From positions 1,481,422-1,505,421 of the forward strand of contig NC_017910.1 of assembly GCF_000262305.1 (NCBI RefSeq): a stretch of DNA of 24,000 bases, in the 5' to 3' direction. Shown piece by piece: positions 6,340-15,655 of this stretch. Position 1 is the first letter of the stretch; every line of letters begins with the position of its first letter. This DNA comes from Shimwellia blattae DSM 4481 = NBRC 105725 (GTDB taxonomy: Bacteria; Pseudomonadota; Gammaproteobacteria; Enterobacterales; Enterobacteriaceae). Position numbers and translations under genes: made by a program. The notes beneath the pieces are model-generated. The model was not told where the DNA came from, did no database searches, and saw only the letters and a program-made list of their open reading frames with translations.

Positions 6340-6569
6340 AGGAATCCTGTTTCTTCTGATCGTTCAGGACATTAATTGTACAGTTCCCTCCCTCGGCATG
6401 CTGAAAATACTTTCTCGGAAAAGATCTTAAAATTAAACGTATTCAGGTTAAATTAAACCTGTTGGCTATTCATTATTAAGCCGCTGATAGTTCATTTTAT
6501 TAATTATGATGAGGGTAATATATAACGCGGATACCCAAAAGGGGCTCTGCATACCTGGCACTGCGCCGT
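6335..6569. repeat. Repeat R, copy 2
   Basis: See copy 1 at 5330-5564. Confidence 0.9.
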
Positions 6570-6737
6570 TGTTCGCCCACCCCGGTGCTGGCGGCTGTAA
6601 AGGTAGCGGGACATATTCACAGGCAGCCCTGATACAACGCCAGTGATTCAGGCTACACATTTACGCCGTTATATGATGTACTAATGGACTGTGTGAAAAT
6701 ACGTAATTTACTGTAAGACAAACAGAATCTACGTTTA

Positions 6738-6866
6738 AAGACTCGGGGTGCCCTTCCTGGTGAAGGCTGAGAAATACCCGTACCACCTGATCTGGATAAT
6801 GCCAGCGTAGGGAAGTCTGATATCTGACCGGTATCTCTTCCCGCGCCGGGCAGGAGCGTTAACCCT
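6738..6866 (+). ncRNA. TPP (THI-box) riboswitch in the thiMD leader
   Basis: gactcggggtgccc...ggctgagaaatacccgtaccacctgatctggataatgccagcgtagggaag is almost the E. coli thiM aptamer as I remember it. The downstream segment ctcttccc can mask the AGGAG SD at 6852-6856, just before ATG 6867. Confidence 0.9.
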
Positions 6867-7655
6867 ATGCAGCCTGATCTGCTGAGCGGCCCGCAGGCCG
6901 CCGATACTCTTCAACAATTACATTCCCGCGCCCCCCTGGTGCACTGTATGACTAACGACGTGGTGCAGGCTTTTAGCGCCAATGTGTTACTGGCGCTGGG
7001 GGCGTCCCCCGCGATGGTGACTGATGCCGGAGAAACCCGCCAGTTTGCCGCCATTGCTGATGCATTACTGATAAACACCGGCACCTTAACCCGCCCGCAG
7101 GCACAGGCGATGATGGCTGCTATTGAGGCGGCCCGGCAGGCGGCTAAACCCTGGGTACTGGATCCCGTTGCGGTGGGGGCGCTGCACTTTCGCAGTGAGT
7201 TTGCCCGCCAGATCCTGGCATTAGCGCCGGCGGCTATTCGCGGTAATGGCTCGGAGATCCTTGCCCTGGCAGGCCTGTCCGGCGGTGGCCGTGGGGTCGA
7301 CACAATGGAGAGCGCCAGCGCCGCCATTCCGGCCGCCCGGGCGCTTGCCCGGCAGACCGGCGCTGTTGTGGCGGTAACCGGTGAAACCGACTACGTCACC
7401 GACGGTGAGCGGGTGCTGGCCGTGCCCGGCGGGGATATTCTGATGACCCGGGTCGTGGGAACGGGCTGCGCCCTGTCTGCGGTGGTCGCCGCCTGCTGCG
7501 CGCTCCCCGGGAACCGGCTGGAGCATGTGGCGGCAGCCTGCCGGATAATGTCCGCCGCCGGGAGCCAGGCCGTCACCACCTGTCGCGGCCCGGGCAGTTT
7601 TGTGGCGGATTTTCTGGATGCACTTTATCAACTGGATGCGAGGACACTGGCATGA
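6867..7655 (+). CDS. thiM: Hydroxyethylthiazole kinase
   Basis: 262 aa. [32 protein letters not shown] and [19 protein letters not shown] match E. coli ThiM. Confidence 0.95.
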   Translation: MQPDLLSGPQAADTLQQLHSRAPLVHCMTNDVVQAFSANVLLALGASPAMVTDAGETRQFAAIADALLINTGTLTRPQAQAMMAAIEAARQAAKPWVLDPVAVGALHFRSEFARQILALAPAAIRGNGSEILALAGLSGGGRGVDTMESASAAIPAARALARQTGAVVAVTGETDYVTDGERVLAVPGGDILMTRVVGTGCALSAVVAACCALPGNRLEHVAAACRIMSAAGSQAVTTCRGPGSFVADFLDALYQLDARTLA

Positions 7656-8461
7656 CACTGAAACGGATCAACGCCTTAACCATCGCCGGAACCGATCCCA
7701 GCGGCGGTGCCGGGATCCAGGCGGATTTAAAAACCTTCTCGGCGCTCGGGGCGTACGGCTGTTCGGTGATCACCGCCCTGGTGGCCCAGAACACCACCGG
7801 CGTACAGTCGGTTTATCGGATTGAACCGGCGTTTGTTGCCGCCCAGATGGACTCGGTATTCAGTGATGTGCGTATCGACACCTGCAAAATCGGCATGCTG
7901 GCGGAAACGGATATTGTGGAAGCGGTTGCTGAACGCCTGGCGCGCTACCAGGTCACCAACGTGGTGCTGGATACAGTGATGCTGGCGAAAAGCGGCGATC
8001 CGCTGCTCTCAGCCAGCGCCGTCAGCGCCCTGCGGGAGACACTGTTACCGAAGGTGGCGCTCATTACCCCGAATCTGCCGGAGGCGGCGGCCCTGCTGGG
8101 CTGCCCCCAGGCCACCAGTGAGCAGGAGATGCGTGAGCAGGGGGCGGCGCTACTGGCGCTGGGGTGCGGCGCGGTACTGATGAAAGGCGGCCACTTGCTG
8201 GACGATCCCCAAAGCCCGGACTGGTTATTCACCGGTGATGAGGTGATGCGCTTCACCGCACCAAGAGTGGTGACGAAAAATACCCACGGCACCGGTTGTA
8301 CACTGTCGGCAGCGCTGGCGGCACTGCGCCCGCGCCACAGCAACTGGGGGGAGACGGTGGCAGAAGCAAAACGCTGGCTGTCCGCCGCGCTGGCCCAGGC
8401 AGACAGCCTGGAAGTGGGCCACGGCAACGGCCCGGTGCACCATTTCCACCAGTGGTGGTAA
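7652..8461 (+). CDS. thiD: Hydroxymethylpyrimidine / phosphomethylpyrimidine kinase
   Basis: 269 aa. [45 protein letters not shown] and [20 protein letters not shown] match E. coli ThiD. The start overlaps the thiM stop (ATGA). Confidence 0.95.
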   Translation: MTLKRINALTIAGTDPSGGAGIQADLKTFSALGAYGCSVITALVAQNTTGVQSVYRIEPAFVAAQMDSVFSDVRIDTCKIGMLAETDIVEAVAERLARYQVTNVVLDTVMLAKSGDPLLSASAVSALRETLLPKVALITPNLPEAAALLGCPQATSEQEMREQGAALLALGCGAVLMKGGHLLDDPQSPDWLFTGDEVMRFTAPRVVTKNTHGTGCTLSAALAALRPRHSNWGETVAEAKRWLSAALAQADSLEVGHGNGPVHHFHQWW

Positions 8462-8545
8462 ACGGGCGTGTCCACCTGAGCTGCCAGCCGTTCCGCCTGT
8501 AATCTCCGCCTGCTGCTGGCGAAGATGCCGTTGTGCGACCAGACT

Positions 8546-8573
8546 TAAACCTGCCCGTTACCGGGCAGGTTTA
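8546..8573 (+). terminator. Hairpin terminator downstream of thiD
   Basis: taaacctgcccg-ttac-cgggcaggttta forms a perfect 12-bp stem whose 3' arm runs into TTTAATGTT. It lies 85 nt after the thiD stop and 45 nt before the fbaB start. Confidence 0.55.
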
Positions 8574-8617
8574 ATGTTCAGCCGGTGAGTGATGACCGGC
8601 CATTACGGGAGCACATT

Positions 8618-9670
8618 ATGACGGATATTACACAGCTGCTGGGCAAAGATGCCGACAGCCTGTTGCAGCACCGCTGTACCACCATCGCCGCAGATCAGCT
8701 CTATTTACCGGGCAGTGATTATGTGGATCGGGTCATGACGGATAACAACCGCCCCCCGGCGGTGCTGCGCAATATGCAGACGCTGTACAACACCGGGCGC
8801 CTGGCCGGTACGGGGTATCTCTCTATTTTGCCGGTTGATCAGGGGGTAGAGCACTCCGCCGGGGCCTCTTTTGCCGCCAACCCGCTCTACTTTGATCCTA
8901 AAAATATTGTCGAGCTGGCGATTGAGGCGGGCTGTAACTGCGTGGCGTCTACCTACGGGGTGCTGGCTTCGGTTTCCCGGCGTTATGCCCACCGCATCCC
9001 GTTTCTGGTCAAGCTCAACCATAACGAGACCCTCAGCTATCCCACCACCTATGATCAGACCCTGTACGCCAGTGTAGAGCAGGCGTTTAATCTGGGGGCG
9101 GTGGCCGTCGGGGCGACCATCTATTTTGGCTCGCCGGAGTCGCGCCGCCAGATTGAAGAGATCTCCGCGGCGTTTGAACGGGCCCACGAGCTGGGGCTGG
9201 TCACGGTACTGTGGGCTTATCTGCGCAACCCGGCGTTTAAAAAAGACGGGGTGGACTACCACGTCAGCGCCGATCTCACCGGCCAGGCCAACCACCTTGC
9301 CGCCACCATTGGTGCCGATATTGTGAAGCAGAAAATGGCGGAAAATAACGGCGGCTACAGCGCCATCGGCTTTGGCTATACGGACGAGCGGGTATACACC
9401 CGGCTGACCACCGATAACCCTATCGACCTGGTGCGTTACCAGCTGGCGAACTGCTATATGGGGCGCGCGGGGCTGATTAACTCCGGCGGGGCCGCCGGTG
9501 GCGAGACCGATCTGGCAGACGCGGTACGCACTGCGGTTATCAATAAACGGGCCGGGGGCATGGGGCTGATTCTGGGGCGCAAGGCGTTCAAGAAATCTAT
9601 GGCCGAAGGGGTGAGACTGATTAACGCGGTTCAGGATGTGTATCTGGATACCCGGGTCACCATTGCGTAA
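8618..9670 (+). CDS. fbaB: Class I fructose-bisphosphate aldolase
   Basis: 350 aa from ATG 8618 ([20 protein letters not shown]...), near-identical to my recollection of E. coli FbaB along its whole length. GGGAG lies 8 nt upstream. I judge the 11-codon extension in the track (8585) to be spurious. Confidence 0.95.
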   Translation: MTDITQLLGKDADSLLQHRCTTIAADQLYLPGSDYVDRVMTDNNRPPAVLRNMQTLYNTGRLAGTGYLSILPVDQGVEHSAGASFAANPLYFDPKNIVELAIEAGCNCVASTYGVLASVSRRYAHRIPFLVKLNHNETLSYPTTYDQTLYASVEQAFNLGAVAVGATIYFGSPESRRQIEEISAAFERAHELGLVTVLWAYLRNPAFKKDGVDYHVSADLTGQANHLAATIGADIVKQKMAENNGGYSAIGFGYTDERVYTRLTTDNPIDLVRYQLANCYMGRAGLINSGGAAGGETDLADAVRTAVINKRAGGMGLILGRKAFKKSMAEGVRLINAVQDVYLDTRVTIA

Positions 9671-9681
9671 TGGTGGCGGAT

Positions 9682-9767
9682 AAAAAATCGGCCTGCCCGA
9701 GGGAGATCGGGCAGGCCAAGGAGGTGGTTCCTGGTATAGGTTGCTTTGTAGGATATGTAATTGCAGC
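9682..9767 (-). ncRNA. cyaR: CyaR (RyeE) Hfq-dependent sRNA
   Basis: The minus strand reads GCTGCAATTACATATCCTACAAAGCAACCTATACCAGGAACCACCTCCTTGGCCTGCCCGATCTCCCTCGGGCAGGCCGATTTTTT. It contains the conserved CyaR seed ACCAGGAACCACCUCCUU, then an 11-bp terminator stem (9690-9717) and a U6 tract. As in E. coli, it lies just downstream of yegQ. Confidence 0.85.
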
Positions 9768-9801
9768 ACGGCGAATCATACGGATATCCGACAAAACAGT
9801 G

Positions 9802-9817
9802 TGTGACCGGTTTCTAA
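9802..9817. promoter_or_regulatory. Candidate CRP site of the cyaR promoter (class II position)
   Basis: TGTGA-ccggtt-TCTAA compared with the consensus TGTGA-N6-TCACA. It is centred about 42 nt upstream of the inferred +1 (9767). A TATGAT -10 lies 7 nt upstream of +1 on the minus strand. CyaR is known to be CRP-activated. Confidence 0.55.
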
Positions 9818-9894
9818 GATCCTGAACAATTTGAAAAATAACGTAAGGTTACTTCTTTTTTTGTGAGGTCCGATCACATTACGTGCAAAATGGT

Positions 9895-11265
9895 CTACGC
9901 CTTGTTTTTGCCGTGGGGATCCCGGGTCGTGTGTCCCGCCAGGTTGCGCAACAGCAGCCCGTACTCCAGCGCCATATCGTCAGGCACCGGGATCCATACG
10001 GTGTGGCCATCCCCCGGAGCGACATCGACCGGCTGGCCTTTGGTGTTTTCCATCTGTTCGAGGGTAAAGACCACGTTGCCCTGCGGGGTCATCATCTCCA
10101 GGCTGTCACCTTTGGTGAATTTGTTCTTCACCGCCACTGCGGCCAGCTCACCGCGCCGCTCGCCGGTGAATTCGCCCACAAACTGCTGGCGGTCAGACAC
10201 CGAATAGCCGTACTCGTAATTCTGGTAATCGTCGTGGGTGTGGCGGCGCAGGAAACCTTCGGTGTAACCACGGTGCGCCAGCCCTTCAAGGGTGTCCAGC
10301 AGGGCTGCGTCAAAGGGTTTCCCGGCGGCGGCGTCATCAATCGCCCGGCGGTAAACCTGCGCGGTGCGGGCACAGTAGTAAAACGATTTGGTGCGCCCTT
10401 CAATTTTCAGTGAGTGGACCCCCATCCGGGTCAGTTTTTCAACGTGCTGAATCGCGCGCAGATCTTTGGAGTTCATAATATAGGTGCCGTGTTCATCTTC
10501 GAACGCGGTCATATATTCCCCGGGGCGCTGGGCCTCTTCGATCATAAAGACTTTATCGGTCGGGGCGCCGAGACCGAGGGTCGGCTCAATATTCTGCACC
10601 GGGATCGGCTCATGCTGATGGACGATATTCCCCACATCGTCCTGCTTACCTTCCTGAACCTTGTACTCCCAGCGGCAGGCGTTAGTGCAGGTTCCCTGGT
10701 TCGGATCGCGCTTGTTGATATAGCCGGAAAGCAGGCAGCGCCCGGAGTAGGCCATGCACAGGGCTCCGTGAACGAAAATCTCCAGCTCGATATCCGGCAC
10801 CTGCTGGCGGATTTCGGCAATCTCTTCCAGGGAAAGCTCCCGGGAGAGAATCACCCGGGTAAGCCCCATCTGTTTCCAGAATTTTACCGTCGCCCAGTTA
10901 ACCGCATTGGCCTGTACCGACAGGTGAATATCCATCGCCGGGAAGGCTTCGCGGACCATCATAATCAGCCCGGGATCAGACATGATTAACGCGTCCGGCC
11001 CCATATCCACCACCGGTTGCAGATCGCGGATAAAGGTCTTCAGCTTGGCGTTATGGGGGGCAATATTGACCACCACATAAAACTTTTTCCCCAGCTGGTG
11101 GGCTTCCCGGATGCCGAGCGCAAGATTCTCGTGGTTGAATTCGTTATTGCGCACCCGCAGGCTGTAGCGCGGCTGGCCGGCGTAAACCGCGTCGGCACCA
11201 TAAGCGAAAGCGTAACGCATATTCTTCAGCGTTCCCGCCGGGGAAAGGAGTTCTGGTGTAAACAT
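9895..11265 (-). CDS. yegQ: U32-family peptidase-like protein YegQ (TrhP, tRNA hydroxylation)
   Basis: 456 aa. MFTPELLSPAGTLKNMRYAFAYGADAVYAGQPRYSLRVRNNEFNHENL..., and it is collinear with E. coli YegQ as I remember it. Confidence 0.93.
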   Translation of the reverse strand: MFTPELLSPAGTLKNMRYAFAYGADAVYAGQPRYSLRVRNNEFNHENLALGIREAHQLGKKFYVVVNIAPHNAKLKTFIRDLQPVVDMGPDALIMSDPGLIMMVREAFPAMDIHLSVQANAVNWATVKFWKQMGLTRVILSRELSLEEIAEIRQQVPDIELEIFVHGALCMAYSGRCLLSGYINKRDPNQGTCTNACRWEYKVQEGKQDDVGNIVHQHEPIPVQNIEPTLGLGAPTDKVFMIEEAQRPGEYMTAFEDEHGTYIMNSKDLRAIQHVEKLTRMGVHSLKIEGRTKSFYYCARTAQVYRRAIDDAAAGKPFDAALLDTLEGLAHRGYTEGFLRRHTHDDYQNYEYGYSVSDRQQFVGEFTGERRGELAAVAVKNKFTKGDSLEMMTPQGNVVFTLEQMENTKGQPVDVAPGDGHTVWIPVPDDMALEYGLLLRNLAGHTTRDPHGKNKA

Positions 11266-11376
11266 AATGTTCTCGTTCTGATGTCAGGTCAGGGCCACAC
11301 GGGCGTGTGGCGGGTAACGGTGGGAGGCCCACAAATTAAGGGCGGGAATTGTAGCGCCCCGCAGGCAGAGAGTAAA

Positions 11377-11397
11377 CCTGCCGGGCGCGGGCTCAGA
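11377..11397. repeat. 21-bp direct repeat, left copy (cctgccgggcgcgggctcaga) flanking the relBE cassette
   Basis: Identical to 12104-12124. The match extends to taaNcctg... with one mismatch. Confidence 0.9.
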
Positions 11398-11479
11398 GAT
11401 GTTCCCACGCGATTTCTGGGGCAACAGGATCATAACGGTGATATCAGCACACTTGTCATACCCATTTTGTAGTGCGACA

Positions 11480-11505
11480 CTTGTAATGACGTTTGTAATT
11501 ACAAG
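11480..11505 (+). promoter_or_regulatory. relBE operator (relO) and promoter-proximal region
   Basis: cTTGTAATgacgtTTGTAATTACAAg contains two TTGTAAT repeats and the perfect palindrome TTGTAATTACAA (11493-11504). It lies directly upstream of the SD AAGAGG and ATG 11517, essentially the K-12 relO layout as I recall it. Confidence 0.75.
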
Positions 11506-11516
11506 AGGTATAAGAC

Positions 11517-11756
11517 ATGGGTAGCATTAACCTGCGTATTGATGATGAACTTAAAGCTCGCTCTTACGCTGCGCTTGAAAAAATGGGTATAACGCCCTCT
11601 GAAGCGCTTCGTCTCATGCTTGAATATATCGCTGATAATGAACGTCTGCCGTTCAGACAGACACTCCTGAGTGATGAAGATGCTGAGCTCGTGGAGATAA
11701 TAAAAGAGCGTCTTCGCAATCCGAAGCCGGTCCGTGTGACGCTGGATGAGCTCTGA
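11517..11756 (+). CDS. relB: RelB antitoxin
   Basis: 79 aa, MGSINLRIDDELKARSYAALEKMGITPSEALRLMLEYIADNERLPF...NPKPVRVTLDEL, near-identical to E. coli K-12 RelB. Confidence 0.95.
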   Translation: MGSINLRIDDELKARSYAALEKMGITPSEALRLMLEYIADNERLPFRQTLLSDEDAELVEIIKERLRNPKPVRVTLDEL

Positions 11757-12043
11757 TGGCGTATTTTCTGGATTTTGACGAGCGGGCACTAAAGGAGTGG
11801 CGAAAGCTGGGCTCGACAGTACGTGAACAGTTTAAAAAGAAGCTGGCTGAAGTGCTTGAGTCACCCCGAATTGAAGCGAACAAACTTCGCGGTATGCCTG
11901 ATTGTTACAAGATAAAGCTCAGGTCTTCAGGTTATCGTCTTGTCTATCAGGTCATTGACGCGCAGGTTGTCGTCTTTGTGATTTCTGTCGGGAAAAGAGA
12001 ACGCCCGGAAGTTTATAGCGAGGCGGTCAAACGCATTCTCTGA
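11756..12043 (+). CDS. relE: RelE mRNA interferase toxin
   Basis: 95 aa, MAYFLDFDERALKEWRKLGSTVREQ...GYRLVYQVID..VVVFVISVGKRER.EVYSEAVKRIL, near-identical to K-12 RelE. The start overlaps the relB stop (TGATG). Confidence 0.95.
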   Translation: MAYFLDFDERALKEWRKLGSTVREQFKKKLAEVLESPRIEANKLRGMPDCYKIKLRSSGYRLVYQVIDAQVVVFVISVGKRERPEVYSEAVKRIL

Positions 12044-12103
12044 AACCCGGCTGGGCATCCCTGTTTAACAGTGAAGGAGCCACCTCTGCTTTGTGTTGAT
12101 AAT

Positions 12104-12124
12104 CCTGCCGGGCGCGGGCTCAGA
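12104..12124. repeat. 21-bp direct repeat, right copy; contains the baeR stop codon
   Basis: Identical to 11377-11397. The tca at 12120-12122 is the TGA stop of baeR on the minus strand. Confidence 0.9.
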
Positions 12125-12845
12125 TAATTGAACCGGCGTCCGCCTCCCAGCGGTAGCCCACACCGTACACCGCACGGATAAAGGACTCTTCGCTGTCCAG
12201 CGCTTCGAGTTTACGGCGCAGGTTTTTAATGTGGCTGTCGATGGTGCGATCGGTCACCACGCGGTAGTCGTCATAGAGGTGGTTGAGTAGCTGCTCCCGG
12301 GAGAAAACCTTGCCCGGCTCCGCAGAGAGGGTTTTTAACAGGCGAAACTCTGCCGGGGTCAGATCCAGCACTTTACCGCGCCAGCTGGCCTGGAAGCGGC
12401 CCTCATCAATGATAAGCGCAGCCGCGCTTTGCGGGTGGTGCAGGGCTTCGCCGCGGGGTTTGCAGCGCCGCAGAATCGTCTTAACCCGGGCCACCACTTC
12501 CCGCGGGCTGTAGGGCTTACAGATATAGTCATCGGCGCCAATCTCCAGCCCCAGCAGGCGGTCGATCTCTTCAATTTTAGCGGTCACCATAATCACGGGA
12601 ATATCCGAGAAGCGGCGAATCTCTTTACACAGGGTTAAACCGTCGGTTCCCGGCAGCATCAGATCCAGCAGGATAAGGTCCGGCGGGGTCTGGCGCACAT
12701 AGGCGAGCACCTGATCCCCGTGGGTTATCAGGGAGGGGGCATAGCTGGCGGCGCGCAGGTAGTCTATCAGTAGCTGGCCCAGTTTGGGCTCGTCTTCAAC
12801 AATCAGAATGCGCGGTGTGGAGGCGTCAATGGGTAACTCGGTCAT
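12120..12845 (-). CDS. baeR: BaeR, OmpR-family response regulator
   Basis: 241 aa from ATG 12845 ([37 protein letters not shown]...), matching E. coli BaeR. The ATG overlaps the baeS stop (ATGA). I reject the 38-codon upstream extension in the track. Confidence 0.95.
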   Translation of the reverse strand: MTELPIDASTPRILIVEDEPKLGQLLIDYLRAASYAPSLITHGDQVLAYVRQTPPDLILLDLMLPGTDGLTLCKEIRRFSDIPVIMVTAKIEEIDRLLGLEIGADDYICKPYSPREVVARVKTILRRCKPRGEALHHPQSAAALIIDEGRFQASWRGKVLDLTPAEFRLLKTLSAEPGKVFSREQLLNHLYDDYRVVTDRTIDSHIKNLRRKLEALDSEESFIRAVYGVGYRWEADAGSII

Positions 12846-14236
12846 GTTTCTCTCTGTAATGCAGGATCCAGCGGTAGCTCTACTGTAATGCTTACCCCGC
12901 CGAAAGGCGAATGCCCGGCGCTGATCTGGCCGCCGTGGGCCGCGACGATATTGTAGCAAATCGCCAGCCCCAGCCCGGAGCCGCCGCTGGCCCGGTTGCG
13001 GGAGCCTTCCGTGCGGTAGAAGCGCTCAAAAAGCTGGGTGAGCTGATGGTCGGTCACGCCGGGTGCGCTGTCGGAAAAGGTCAGTATAAACCGCTCACCG
13101 GTCAGCTGGCCGGAAATGGTCAGTTGGCCACCTTTGTCCGTATAGCGCAGGCTGTTTTCCAGCAGGTTGTTAAACAGCTGGGAGAGCCGGTCCGGATCGC
13201 CAAAGATTATCACATCATCAGGCAGGGCCAGTTTGATCTCCAGCGCGCGGGAGTGGAAACGCTCGCGGAAAATACCGGCGGCCATCTCCAGCAGGGCGAT
13301 AATGTCTATCGGGCGCTTCTGGTAGGCAAGGGCGCCTTCATCAGACAGCGAGAGCTGGTGTAGATCATTTACCAGCTTGGTCAGGGTGCCCACCTCCATT
13401 TGCAGGGAGGCGACCGTATCCGGGGTAAACTGGCGCACCCCGTCCTGGATGGCCTCCAGCTCGCCGCGCAGTACCGCCAGCGGGGTGCGCAACTCATGGG
13501 AGATGTCCGCCATCAGGGCACGGCGCATCTGCTGGTTTTTTTCCAGTGAGCTGGCGAGCTGGTTAAAGTCCCGGGCCAGGCGGCCCAGCTCATCGTTGGA
13601 GCTGGTCGCCACCCGGGTGGAAAAATCCCCGGCGGCCAGGCGGTGGGTTCCTTCCACCAGGCGTTTTACCGGGCGCAGCAGCCCCCGGGCCAGGGGGAAG
13701 GTGACACCGGCGGCCAGCAGGGTAGAGAGCACGACAATCAGCCAGCTGGAGCGGCGCTGCTGGCGGTCGAAATTAATATCCGTGTTGCGGGTCAGCCGCT
13801 CCACCGGGGAGGCTATCACCCAGCCAACCACCTCATTATTCACTTTGATGGCCCGGCGGGCCCCGTCCCGGGGGATCGGGGGCGGCGGGCCGACCAGCAT
13901 ATTGTTGCGGGCGTCGGTCACCCAGAACTGGGTGCGCCAGCCGTGGGGCGGCATGTTAATGTCGTTGTCCGGATCCCGGTCAAAAGAGCGCAGCAGCTGG
14001 AACATATAGTGGCCGTTATGGCGCAGAAAACGCCAGCTGCCGCGCTGGGCATACTGCTCGCCGAGCGCGTCGCTCAGTAGCGTCAGGCGCTGCTCGTTAC
14101 CGTGCTTGATATAGTCAATAAAACCGCGTTCAAAGCTCACCCGCACTGCCCAGTGCATCAGTACCAGCACCAGAATGCAGGAGGCGAGGATCGCCAGGAA
14201 TAACTTGCCGGTGATCCCGGGCCGCCAGATTTTCAT
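12842..14236 (-). CDS. baeS: BaeS, envelope-stress sensor histidine kinase
   Basis: 464 aa. It has an N-terminal TM segment, a HAMP region, an H-box ([11 protein letters not shown]) and G-box motifs (GGSGLGLAI). It sits between mdtD and baeR. Confidence 0.93.
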   Translation of the reverse strand: MKIWRPGITGKLFLAILASCILVLVLMHWAVRVSFERGFIDYIKHGNEQRLTLLSDALGEQYAQRGSWRFLRHNGHYMFQLLRSFDRDPDNDINMPPHGWRTQFWVTDARNNMLVGPPPPIPRDGARRAIKVNNEVVGWVIASPVERLTRNTDINFDRQQRRSSWLIVVLSTLLAAGVTFPLARGLLRPVKRLVEGTHRLAAGDFSTRVATSSNDELGRLARDFNQLASSLEKNQQMRRALMADISHELRTPLAVLRGELEAIQDGVRQFTPDTVASLQMEVGTLTKLVNDLHQLSLSDEGALAYQKRPIDIIALLEMAAGIFRERFHSRALEIKLALPDDVIIFGDPDRLSQLFNNLLENSLRYTDKGGQLTISGQLTGERFILTFSDSAPGVTDHQLTQLFERFYRTEGSRNRASGGSGLGLAICYNIVAAHGGQISAGHSPFGGVSITVELPLDPALQRET

Positions 14237-15651
14237 CAGCTGTTGCTCCTTTTGCGCCGGGAGATGACGGCGTTTTTCGTGGTGTCATTGGGCACCCGGG
14301 TAAACACCAGCGCCGGCAGGGCAATGATCACCGCCATCGCGATATAGGTATATAAAAACAGGCTATGGGTGTCGCCACCGCTGCCGGTTACCGACTGCTG
14401 ACCAAAGGCACCCAGCAGCAGGCCCGCCACCGACACGCCAATACTCATCGCCAGCTGCATAATCATCGACAGCAGGCTGTTACCGCTGCTGGCGAGGGCA
14501 TCGGGCAGATCTTTGAGTGTCAGGGTATTCATGGAGGAAAAGCGGATTGCGTTCACCGAGCCCTGGAACAACAGCACAACAGGCAGCAGCCAGAACCAGC
14601 CGAGCATCCCCACCACCGCCAGGCTCAGGCTGACCAGCGCCAGGCTCAGGGTGCTGGTCACCAGCACCCGGCGGTAACCAAAGCGGTTAACCACCTGAAC
14701 CACAATGCGCTTCATGCCCATATTGCCAAGCACCATCGGGATCATCATCAGCCCGGCGTGGAACGGCGACAGCCCCATTCCCAGTTGCAGAAATACCGGG
14801 GTCATAAAGGGCAGCATACCGCTGCCGATACGCCCCAGCAGGCTGCCCAGCAGGCCCACGGAGAAGGTCCGGGTGTTGAACAGCTCAAGGCTGAACAGGG
14901 CCCGGGCGTTCCCCCGGGCGTGCCACAGGTAGCACAGGATCGCCACCAGCCCGGCGGCAATCAGCAGGGTGAGATAAAGGCTGGAAATTCCCAGCCCGCC
15001 TTTGCCGTCCAGCGCCAGGGTCAGTGCCGCCATACCAAAGGCCAGCATAAAAAAGCCGCTGAGATCAAAAGGCCGGGTCTGCATGGTGTAGTTGGGCATC
15101 AGCCACAGGGTGGCGATGGCACCAATAATGCCCACCGGCAGGTTAATTAAAAAGATCCAGTGCCAGGAGGCGTACTCCACCAGCAGGCCGCCGAGTACCG
15201 GGCCCAGCAGCGGCCCGACCTGGCCGGGCAGGGTGACAAACGTCATCGCCGCCATATATTGCGCCCGGGGGACGATTTTCATCACCGTCAGCCTGCCTAC
15301 CGGCACCATCATGGCGCCGCCGATCCCCTGAACAACCCGGGCCATAACCAGCTCATCCAGGGTGGTGGAGCGTGCGCACAGTAACGAGCCGAAGGTAAAC
15401 AGCACAATGGCGCAGAAGAAAATATTACGCACCCCGACCCGGTCCGCCAGCCAGCCACTGGCGGGCAGCATAACCGCCACCGTCAGCACATAGGAGACGA
15501 TAACCATATGCATATGCAGCGGGCTCTCTCCCAGGCTACTGGCCATGGAGGGCAGGGCCGTATTGACAATAGTGGTATCAAGGGTTTGCATAAAAAAACC
15601 GAACGCCACTATCCAGAGTTGCCACCGCACCGTGGCCGGGAGATCCGTCAT
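14236..15651 (-). CDS. mdtD: MdtD, MFS transporter
   Basis: 471 aa polytopic MFS protein ([14 protein letters not shown], 14-TM type), in the expected position within mdtABCD. Confidence 0.92.
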   Translation of the reverse strand: MTDLPATVRWQLWIVAFGFFMQTLDTTIVNTALPSMASSLGESPLHMHMVIVSYVLTVAVMLPASGWLADRVGVRNIFFCAIVLFTFGSLLCARSTTLDELVMARVVQGIGGAMMVPVGRLTVMKIVPRAQYMAAMTFVTLPGQVGPLLGPVLGGLLVEYASWHWIFLINLPVGIIGAIATLWLMPNYTMQTRPFDLSGFFMLAFGMAALTLALDGKGGLGISSLYLTLLIAAGLVAILCYLWHARGNARALFSLELFNTRTFSVGLLGSLLGRIGSGMLPFMTPVFLQLGMGLSPFHAGLMMIPMVLGNMGMKRIVVQVVNRFGYRRVLVTSTLSLALVSLSLAVVGMLGWFWLLPVVLLFQGSVNAIRFSSMNTLTLKDLPDALASSGNSLLSMIMQLAMSIGVSVAGLLLGAFGQQSVTGSGGDTHSLFLYTYIAMAVIIALPALVFTRVPNDTTKNAVISRRKRSNS

Positions 15652-15655
15652 GCTG

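Larger units (their letters stand above)
2636..6600. other. AT-rich genomic island carrying an orphan T6SS auxiliary (hcp-effector-immunity) module plus a tandem degenerate second module
   Basis: GC drops sharply by eye: some 60-nt lines are about 25% GC, against about 60% in arn, thi and mdt. The content is hcp, a DUF2778-like effector, small membrane proteins and internal duplications. No mobility genes and no T6SS core genes are present in the window. Confidence 0.7.

Noticed and set aside
8705-9769. 354-aa minus-strand ORF antisense to fbaB. Similar antisense ORFs lie within yegQ (9883-10413, 10414-10989), baeS (13377-14009), mdtD (14365-15150), thiM and thiD.
   Set aside because: The composition is Arg/Pro/Gly-rich and shows no motifs. 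Each lies entirely inside a confidently identified gene on the other strand. The 3' end of 8705-9769 also overlaps the CyaR locus.
12846-12959. N-terminal extensions proposed by the ORF track for baeR (38 codons), fbaB (8585-8617) and immunity paralogue A (3736-3750).
   Set aside because: Internal ATGs give proteins that match the known N-termini (MTELPID..., MTDITQLL...) or the paralogue (MKFSV/MKLSA). These ATGs also have proper SDs or ATGA coupling.
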